From: Eledone cirrhosa
Lineage: Eukaryota
Direction: 5' to 3'
NCBI GenBank assembly: GCA_964016885.1
Contig: OZ024740.1
Coordinates: 9,424,001 to 9,488,000, forward strand
DNA: 64,000 nt
The notes beneath the pieces were generated by a model. The model was not told the DNA's origin, did no database searches, and saw only the letters and a program-made list of their open reading frames with translations. Both the position numbers and the translations under genes were made by a program. Positions 30,001-39,008 of this stretch are shown one piece after another. Positions within the stretch are counted from its first letter, which is position 1. Every line of letters begins with the position of its first letter.

Positions 30001-33000
30001 TAGGTATATCAGTTTCAATTGGTATGTCAGTTTCTATTGGAATATTAGTTTCTATTGGTATGTCAGTTTCTATTGGTATGTCAGTTTCGATTGTTATTTC
30101 ATTTTCTTTTGGTATATCAGTATCGATTGGTATGTCAGTTTCGATTAGTATATCAATTTCTATGTGTATATCAGTTTGTATTGGTATATCAGTTTCGATT
30201 GGTATATCAGTTTCGACTGCTATGTCAATTTTGATTGGTATGTCAGTTTCAATTGGTATATCGGTTTCGATTGGTATGTCAGTTTCGATTGTTATGTCAG
30301 TTTTGATTGTATATCAGTTTTGAATGGTATGTCAGTTTTGATTGGTATATCTGTTTCGATTGGTATGTCTGTTTCGATTGGTATGTCAGTTTCGATTGGT
30401 ATGTCAGTTTCTATTGGTATATCAGTTTCCATTGGTATATAAGTTTCGATTGGTATGTCAGTTTCTATTGGTATGTCAGTTTCTATCGGTATGTCAGTTT
30501 CTATTGGTATGTCAGTTTCTATTGGTATATCAGTTTCGATTGGTATATCAGTTTCAATTGGTATGTCAGTTTCGATTGGTATGTCAGTTTCGATTGGTAT
30601 ATCAGTTTCGATTTTTATGTCAGTTTCTAATGGTACATAAGTTTCGAATGGTATGTTAGTTTCTATTGGTATGTCGGTTTCGATTGTATATCAGTTTCTA
30701 TTGGTATGTCAGTTTCGATTGGTATGTTAGTCCTCGATTTGTATGTCAGTTTCTATTGGTATATCAGTTTCGATTGGTATATCAGTTTCGATTAGTATAT
30801 CAGTTTCTATTGGTATGTCAGCTTCTATTGGTATAGCAATTTCGATTGCTATGTTAGTTTCGATGGTTATATCAGTTTCGATTTTTATTTCAGTTTCGAT
30901 TGGTATGTCAGTTTCTATGCGTATATCAGTTTGTATTGGTATGTCAGTTTTGATTGGTATGACAGTTTCTATTGGTATATCAGTTTCGATTGGTATATCA
31001 GTTTCTATTGGTATATCGGTTTTGATTGGTATATCAGATTCTATTGGTATGTCAGTTTCTATTGGTATGTCAGTTTCTATTGGTATGTCAGTTTCAATTG
31101 GTATATCAGTTTCGATTCGTATGTCAGTTTCGATCGTTATGTCAGTTTCGATTAGTATATCAGTTTCGATTAGTATGTAACTTTCTATTGGTATGTCAGT
31201 TACGATTAGTATATCAGTTTCGATTGGTATATCAGTTTCGATTGGTGTGTCAGTTTCGATTGGTATGTCAGTTTCGATCGGTATGTCAGTTTCTATTGGT
31301 ATATGAGTTTCGATTGGTATATCAGTTTCGATTTGTATATCAGTTTCGATTGGTATGTAGGTTTCGATTGGTATGTTAGTTTCTATTGGTATGTTAGTTT
31401 CGATTAGTATCTCAGTTTCTATAGGTATATCAGTTTCAATTGGTATGTCAGTTTCTATTGGTATGTCAGTTTCAATTGGTATATCAGTTTCCATTCGTAT
31501 GTCAGTTTCGATTGTTATGTCATTTTCTTTTGGTATATCAGTATCGATTGTTATGTCAGTTTCGATTAGTATATCAATTTCTATGTGTATGTCAGTTTGT
31601 ATTGGTATATCAGTTTCGATTGGTATATCAGTTTCGACTGGTATGTCAATTTTGATAGGTATGTCAGTTTCAATTGGTATATCGGTTTCGATTGGTATGT
31701 CAATTTCGATTGTTATGTCAGTTTTGATTGTATATCAGTTTCGAATGGTATGTCAATTTTGATTGGTATATCTGTTTCGATTGGTATGTCTGTTTCGATT
31801 GGTATGTCAGTTTCGATTGGTATATCAGTTTCGATTAGTATGTCAGTTTCTATTGGTATATCAGTTTCGATTGGCATGTCAGTTTCTATTGGTATATCAG
31901 TTTCGATTGGTATGTCAGTTTCGATTAGTATGTTAGTTTCTATTGGTATGTCAGTTTCGATTTGTATATCAGTTTCTATTGGTATGTCAGATTCGATTGG
32001 TATGTTATTCCTCGATTTGTATGTCAGTTTCTATTGGTATATCAATTTCGATTGGTATGTCAGTTTCTATTGGTATATCAGTTTCGATTAGTATATCAGT
32101 TTCTATTGGTATGTAAGTTTCTATTGGTATATCAATTTCTATTGGTATATCGGTTTCCATTGGTATATCAGTTTCGACTGGTATGTCAATTTTGATTGGT
32201 ATGTCAGTTTCAATTCGTATATCGGTTTCGATTGGTATGTCAGTTTCGATTGGTATGTCAGTTTCGATTGGTATATCAGTTTCGATTAGTATGTCAGTTC
32301 CTATTGGTATATCAGTTTCCATTGGTACATCAGTTTCGATTGTTATGTCAGTTTCTTTTGGTATATCAGTATCGATTGGTATGTCAGTTTCGATTAGTAT
32401 ATCAATTTCTAATTGTATGTCAGTTTCTATTGGTATATCAGATTCGATTGGTATATCAGTTTCGACTGGTATGTCAATTTTGATTGGTATGTCAGTTTCA
32501 ATTGGTATATCGGTTTCGATTGTTATGTCAGTTTCAATTGGTATGTCAGTTTCGATTGTATATCAGTTTCGAATGGTATGTCAGTTTTCATTGGTACATC
32601 AGTTTCGATTCGTATGTCAGTTACGATTGGTATGTCAGTTTCGATTGGTATATCAGTTTCGATTAGTATGTCAGTTTCTATTGGTATATCGGTTTCCATT
32701 GGTATATCAGTTTGGATTGGTATGTCAGTTTCTATTGGTATATCAGTTTTGATTGGTATGTTAGTTTCTATTGGTATGTCAGTTTCGATTTGTATATCAG
32801 TTTCTATTGGTATGTCAGATTCGATTGGTATGTTATTCCTCGATTCGAATGTCAGTTTCTATTGATATATCAATTTCGATTGGTATGTCAGTTTCTATTG
32901 GTATATCAGTTTCGATTAGTATATCAGTTTCTATTGGTATGTCAGTTTCTATTGGTAAATCAATTTCTATTGGTATATCGGTTTCCATTGGTATATCAGT

Positions 33001-36000
33001 TTCGATTGGTATGTCAGTTTCTATTGGTCTATCCGTTTCTATTGCTATGTCAGTTTTGATTGGTATGTCAGTTTCTATTGGTATATCAGTTCCGATTGGT
33101 ATATCAGTTTCGATTGGTATGTCAGTTTCAATTAGTATATCAGTTTCTATTAGTATGTCAGTTTCTATTGGTATCTCAGTTTCGATTGATATCAGTTTCT
33201 ATTGGTATGTCAGTTTCTATTGGTATATCAATTTCGATTCGTATATCAGTTTCGATTGGTATATCAGTTTCGATTGGTATGTTAGTTTCTATTGGTATGT
33301 CAATTTCGATTGGTATATCAGTTTCGGTTGTATGTGAGTTTCGATTGGTATGTCAGTTTCTATTGGTATATCAGTTTCTATCGGTATGTCTGTTTCTATT
33401 GGTATGTCAGTTTCTATTGGTATGTCAGTTTCGAGTGGTATATCAGCTTCGATTTGTATGTCAGTTTCGATTGGTATGTCACTTTCTATTGGTATATCAG
33501 TTTTGATTGGTATATCAGTTTCGATTGGTATGTCAGTTTCGATTGGTATGTCAGTTTCGATTAGTATATCAGTTTCTATTGGTATGTCAGTTTCTATTGG
33601 TATGTCAGTTTCGATTGTTATGTCAGTTTCTATTGGTATATCAGTTTCGTTTGATATATCTGTTTCGATTAGTATGTCACTTTCTATCGGTATGTCAGTT
33701 ACGATTAGTATATCAGTTTGTATTGGTGTATCAGTTTCGATTGGTATGTGAGTTTCTATTGGTATATGACTTTCGATTGGTATATCAGTTTCGATTGGTA
33801 TATCAGTTTCGATTGGTATGTAGGTTTCGATTGGTATGTTAGTTTCTATTGGTATGTCAGTTTCGATTAGTATATCAGTTTCTATTGGTATGTCAGTTTC
33901 AATTGGTATGTCAGTTTCTATTGGTATATCAGTTTCTATTGGTATGTCAGTTTCTATTGGTATGTCAGTTTCAATTGGTATATCAGTTTCGATTCGTATG
34001 TCAGTTTCGATTGTTATGTCAGTTTCTTTTGGTATATCAGTATCGATTGGTATGTCAGTTTCGATTCGTATGTCAGTTTCGATTGTTATATCAGTTTGTA
34101 TTGGTATGTCAGTTTCTATTGGTATGTCAGTTACAATTGGTATATCAGTTTCGATTGGTATGTCAGTTTCGATTGGTATGTCAGTTTCGATTGGTATATC
34201 AGTTTCGATTAGTATGTCAGTTTCTATTGTTATATCGGTTTCCATTGGTATATCAGTTTCGATTGGTATGTCAGTTTCGATTGGTATATCAATTTCGATT
34301 GGTATGTCAGTTTTAATTGGTATATCAGTTTCTATGGGTATATCAGTTTCGATTGATATGTTAGTTTCGATTTGTATATCAGTTTCTATTGGTATGTCAG
34401 TTTCTATTGGTATATCAATTTCGACTTGTATGTCAGTTTCGATTGGTATATCAGTTTCGATTGGTATATCAGTTTCGATTGGTATGTCAGTTTCTATTGG
34501 TATGTCAGTTACAATTGGTATATCAGTTTCGATTGGTATGTCAGTTTTATTGGTATGTCAATATTGATTGGTATATCAGTTTCGGTTGTATGTGAGTTTC
34601 GATTGGTATGTCAGTTTCTATTGGTATACCAGTTTCGATTGGTATGTCAGTTTGTATTGGTATGTCAGTTTCGATTGGCATGTCAGTTTCGATTGGTATG
34701 TCAGTTTCTATTGGTATATCAGTTTCCATTGGTATATCAGTTTCGATTGGTATGTCAGTTTCTATTGGTATATTAGTTTCTATCGTTATGTCAGTTTCTA
34801 ATGGTATGTCAGTTTCAATTGGTATATCAGTTTCGATTGGTATATCAGTTTCGATTGGTATGTCAGTTTCGATTTGTATGTCAGTTTCTATTGGTATATC
34901 AATTTCGATTGGTATGTCAGTTTCGATTGGCATGTCAGTTTCGATTGGTATGTCAGTTTCTATTGGTATATCAGTTTCTATTGGTATGTCAGTTTTGATT
35001 GGTATGTCAGTTTCTATTGGTATATGAGTTTCGATTGGTATATCAGTTTCTATTGGTATATCAGTTCCGATTGGTATATCAGTTTCGATTGGTATGTCAG
35101 TTTCAATTAGTATATCAGTTTCTATTAGTATGTCAGTTTCTATTGGTATATCAATTTCGATTGGTATATCAGTTTCGATTGCTATATCAGTTTCGATTGG
35201 TATATCAGTTTCGATTGGTATGTCAGTTTCTATTGGTATGTCAATTTCGATTGGTATATCATTTTCGGTTGTATGTGAGTTTCTATTGGTATGTCAGTTT
35301 CTATTGGTATATCAGTTTCGAGTGTTATGTCAGTTTCTTTTGGTATATCAGTATCGATTGGTATGTCAGTTTCGATTAGTATATCAATTTCTATGTGTAT
35401 GTCTGTTTGTATTAGTATATCAGTTTCGATTATAATATCAGTTTCAATTAGTATGTCAGTTTCGATTGGTATGTCAGTTTCGATTGGTATATCAGTTTCG
35501 ATTAGTATGTCAGTTCCTATTGGTATATCAGTTTCCATTGGTATATCAGTTTCGATTGGTATGTCAGTTTCGATCAGTATATCAGTTTCTATTGGTATGT
35601 CAGTTTCTATTGGTATGTCAGTTTCGATTGATATATCAGTTTCGATTAGTATGTCACTTTCTATTGGTATGTCAGTTACTATTAGTATATCAGTTTGTAT
35701 TGGTGTATCAGTTTCGATTGATATGTCAGTTTCTAATGGTATATGAGGTTCGATTGGTATATCAGTTTCGATTGGTATATCAGTTTCGATTGGTATGTAG
35801 GTTTCGATTGGTACGTCAATTTCGATTGGTATGTCAGTTTCTATTGGTATATCAGTTTCGATTGGTATGTTAGATTCGATTAGTATATCAGTTTCTATTG
35901 TTATGTCAGTTTCTATTGGTATATCAATTTCGATTTGTATGTCAGTTTCGATTGGTATATCAGTTTCGATTAGTATGTCAGTTTCTATTGGTATATCGGT

Positions 36001-36160
36001 TTCCATTGGTATATCAGTTTCGATTGGTATGTCAGTTTCTATTGGTATGTCAGTTTCCATTGGTATATCAGTTTCGTTTGGTATGTGAGTTTCGATTGGT
36101 ATGTCAGTTTCGATTGGTATGTCAGTTTCGATTGGTATGTCAGTTTCTATTGGTATGTCA
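1..36160. repeat. 18-bp satellite array, left part (consensus ATTGGTATRTCAGTTTCK)
   Basis: Continuous head-to-tail monomers in one orientation, with point variants and occasional 17-bp units. 6-aa periodicity in all translated frames (IGMSVS / LVCQFR / WYVSFD / IETDIP). Confidence 0.99.
19076..29945. repeat. Tandem duplication of a 5,435-bp satellite block (~19076-24510 / ~24511-29945)
   Basis: Artefact ORFs recur at a constant offset of 5435 (19275/24710, 20768/26203, 22098/27533, 24278/29713). Only two differences noticed by eye. Confidence 0.92.
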
Positions 36161-36458
36161 AAGCATAAATGAATTGAGAGAGAGACTGAGCATAAGAGGA
36201 ATCAAATGCTGCGTGCAGGAGAGGCGGTTACGCTGGTATGGACATGTGATGCGTATGAAGGATGACAGCTGCATAAAAAGGTGCAGAGCACTAGAAGTTG
36301 ATGGAAACCGCGGAGTGGGGAGACCCAAGATGACTTGGGATGAGGTGATAAAAGCCGACCTTACCCAACTACACCTCTCAAAGTCAATGACACACGACCG
36401 TGACTTCTGGCGTCACGCAGTAATACAGGGTACCCGACCTCCCATGGGTACATGCTGA
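36159..36458 (+). pseudogene. C-terminal 99 codons of the LINE RT ORF (copy 1)
   Basis: QSINELRERLSIRGIKCCVQERRLRWYGH...PPMGTC*. Differs from copy 2 at 2 amino acids (N/K, E/K). Has no start of its own. Confidence 0.9.
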
Positions 36459-36744
36459 AGCATATAAACAATATGCCCCCCCCCCCCCCCCACCGCAAGG
36501 TGGTCGTGGAGGTGCCACGGCAAAAAAGCACCCAGCCCACACTGTAAAGTGGACGTGTACGCGCCACGAAAAAGCACCCAGCACTCACTGTAAATGAGGT
36601 TGGTGTTAGGAAGGGCATCCAGCTGTAGAAATCAAGCCAGATCAGTTCCTGTATGAGCAAGGCATGGTCAGCCGACCAGACACTGCCCACAACAGGACAA
36701 CCCGTCTAACCCATGCTAGCGTGGAAGAACGGACGTAAAACGGT

Positions 36745-36763
36745 GATGATGATGATGATGATG
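36745..36763 (+). repeat. (GAT)6G microsatellite tail of LINE copy 1
   Basis: Read directly; the last ATG is shared with the satellite monomer. Confidence 0.95.
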
Positions 36764-37563
36764 TCAGTTACGATTAGTATATCAGTTTGTATTGGTGTAT
36801 CAGTCTAGATTGATATGTCAGTTTCTATTGGTATCTGAGGTTCGATTGGTATATCAGTTTCGATTGGTATATCAGTTTCGATTGGTATGTAGGTTTCGAT
36901 TGGTATGTCAGTTCTATTGGTATGTCAGTTTCGATTAGTATATCAGTTTCTATTGGTATGTCTGTTTCAAGTGGTATGTCAGTTTCTATTGGTATATCAG
37001 TTTCTATTGGTATGTCAGTTTCTATTGGTATGTCAGTTTCAATTGGTATATCAGTTTCGATTCGTATGTCAGTTTCGATTGTTATGTCAGTTTCTTTTGG
37101 TATATCAGTATCGATTGGTATGTTAGTTTCGATTAGTATATCAATTTCTATGTGTATGTCATTTTGTATTGGTATATCAGTTTCTATTGGTATATCAGTG
37201 TCGACTGGTATGTCAATTTTGATTGGTATATCAGTTTCAATTGGTATATCGGTTTCGATTGGTACGTCAGTTTCGATTGGTATTTCAGTTTCGATTGTAT
37301 ATCAATTTCGAATGGTATGTCAGTTTTTATTGGTATATCAGTTTCGATTGGTATGTCAGTTTCGATTGGTATGTCAGTTTCGATTGGTATACCAGTTTCG
37401 ATTAGTATGTCAGTCTCTATTGTTATATCGGTTTCCATTGGTATATCAGTTTCGATTGGTATGTCAGTTTCTATGGGTATATCATTTTCGATTGGTATGT
37501 CAGTTTCGATTGGTATGTTCGTCCTCGATTTGTATGTCAGTTTCTATTGGTATATCAATTTCG
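36764..37563. repeat. 800-bp satellite spacer between the two LINE copies
   Basis: 18-bp monomers; variant order matches the paralogous uninterrupted block at ~3945-4710. Confidence 0.97.
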
Positions 37564-38703
37564 GTACAAGCCATGTATAGGGGAGCAGTCAGCAAAGTTA
37601 GGATTGGCAATGAGTATAGCGAGGAATTTAGCGTACAGGTTGGGGTCCACCAGGGCTCTATTCTTAGCCCTCTCCTGTTCATCATAGTCCTGCAGGCAAT
37701 AACGGAGGAGTTTAAGACCGGATGCCCATGGGAACTCCTGTATGCTGATGACCTCGCACTCATAGCTGAATCTATGGTAGAACTAGAGAATAAATTCCAA
37801 ACCTGGAAGCAGGGACTAGAGAGAAAGGGCCTCAAAGTCAACATGACAAAGACTAAGGTCCTTGTAAGTAGACGAGAAAACAGAACCCAGATCCCCTCAG
37901 GGAAATGGCCTTGCTCAGTATGTAGGAAAGGTGTAGGTAGAAACTCCATTCTCTGCCCCAAATGCAAACAATGGGTACACAAGAGATGTAGCGGGATCTC
38001 AGGAAGCTTAATTAAGAATGTAGGATTCACATGCAGCATCTGTGCTGAAACAGCAAGCAAACAGCCACAGGAAACAAGTACCACCAATCTCTGGGAGGGC
38101 CCTGTAGAAACAGTAGACAGCTTCTGCTACCTAGGTGACCGAATTAGCAACGGAGGTGGGTGCTCAGAAAGTACAATAACTAGGGTAAGAACGGGATGGA
38201 AGAAGTTTAGGGAACTACTACCACTGCTAGCTGCAAAAGGCTTCTCCCTCAGAATGAAAGGCAGACTGTATGATGCGTGTATCCGAACAGCGATGTTGCA
38301 TGGTAGTGAGACCTGGGCGCTGAAGGTGGAAGACTTACGTAGATTAGAGAGAAACGAAGCCTGCATGCTCCGATGGATGTGTAACAGTAATATACGTGAA
38401 CGACAAAGCATAAAGGAATTGAGAGAGAGACTGAGCATAAGAGGAATCAAATGCTGCGTGCAGAAGAGGCGGTTACGCTGGTATGGACATGTGATGCGTA
38501 TGAAGGATGACAGCTGCATAAAAAGGTGCAGAGCACTAGAAGTTGATGGAAACCGCGGAGTGGGGAGACCCAAGATGACTTGGGATGAGGTGATAAAAGC
38601 CGACCTTACCCAACTACACCTCTCAAAGTCAATGACACACGACCGTGACTTCTGGCGTCACGCAGTAATACAGGGTACCCGACCTCCCATGGGTACATGC
38701 TGA
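37564..38703 (+). pseudogene. Reverse transcriptase ORF remnant (379 aa, uninterrupted; endonuclease and RT N-terminus missing)
   Basis: GVHQGSILSPLLF (QGS at 37651), LYADDL (YADD at 37741-37752), GLKVNMTKTKV, FCYLG, LHGSETW, RRLRWYGHVMR; TGA at 38701-38703. Confidence 0.95.
37912..38043 (+). other. PHD-like C4HC3 zinc finger embedded in the RT ORF
   Basis: CSVC-x10-CPKC-x4-H-x2-C-x14-CSIC, with W two residues before H (KQWVHKRC); matches PHD ligand spacing. Confidence 0.8.
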
Positions 38704-38986
38704 AGCATATAAACAATATGCCCCCCCCCCTCCACCGCAAGGTGGCCGTGGAGGTGCCACGGCAAAAAAGCACCCAGCCCACACTGTAAAGTGGACGTGT
38801 AGGCGCCACGAAAAAGCACCCAGCACTCACTGTAAATGAGGTTGGTGTTAGGAAGGGCATCCAGCTGTAGAAATCAAGCCAGATCAGTTCCTGTATGAGC
38901 AAGGCATGGTCAACCGACCAGACACTGCCCACAACAGGACAACCCGTCTAACCCATGCTAGCGTGGAAGAACGGACGTAAAACGGT
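38704..38986 (+). promoter_or_regulatory. Structured LINE 3' UTR (copy 1 equivalent 36459-36744)
   Basis: Poly-C tract, CCACC-GCAA-GGTGG hairpin, two tandem GCCACG..AAAAAGCACCCAGC..CACTGTAAA modules and a terminal stem-loop. Pairings found by eye. Confidence 0.7.
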
Positions 38987-39008
38987 GATGATGATGATGA
39001 TGATGATG
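38987..39008 (+). repeat. (GAT)7G microsatellite tail of LINE copy 2
   Basis: Read directly; the last ATG is shared with satellite ATGTCAG. Confidence 0.95.

Larger units (their letters stand above)
36159..36763 (+). mobile_element. Heavily 5'-truncated RTE-like LINE, copy 1 (~605 bp: ORF end, 3' UTR, (GAT)6 tail)
   Basis: Abrupt exit from satellite at ...GGTATGTCA|AAGCATAAA. Encodes RRLRWYGHVMR...GRPKMTWDEVIKADL...DRDFWR and ends in GATGAT...G merging with ATGTCAG. ~99% identical to the 3' end of copy 2. ATGTCA is present at both junctions. Confidence 0.95.
37564..39008 (+). mobile_element. 5'-truncated RTE-like non-LTR retrotransposon, copy 2 (~1445 bp)
   Basis: Starts mid-RT at TCAATTTCG|GTACAAGCC. 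Has RT motifs, a ~285-bp 3' UTR and a (GAT)7 tail; no LTRs. The C-terminal RRLRWYGH/GRP..TW/DR..WR motifs and the tandem-repeat tail are typical of the RTE clade. Confidence 0.96.

Noticed and set aside
35898-36458. 186-aa fusion ORF
   Set aside because: Chance read-through from satellite into truncated LINE copy 1.
36922-38703. 593-aa satellite-RT fusion protein
   Set aside because: The first 214 codons are satellite that is open by chance in most + frames; the RT lacks its N-terminal motifs; no evidence of expression.
36361-38932. Minus-strand ORFs over the LINEs (36361-36690, 37500-38087, 38127-38573, 38606-38932)
   Set aside because: Antisense shadows of the RT ORF and UTR with no recognisable motifs.
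38704-38986. Self-cleaving ribozyme or tRNA-derived SINE head in the 3' UTR
   Set aside because: No hammerhead, HDV or twister core and no A/B boxes identified by eye; an Infernal/Rfam search would be needed to exclude this fully.
36159-39008. LTR element or composite transposon bounded by ~600-bp direct repeats
   Set aside because: The repeats are LINE 3' ends with (GAT)n tails. The intervening DNA is satellite collinear with empty paralogs; no TG..CA ends, PBS or PPT.
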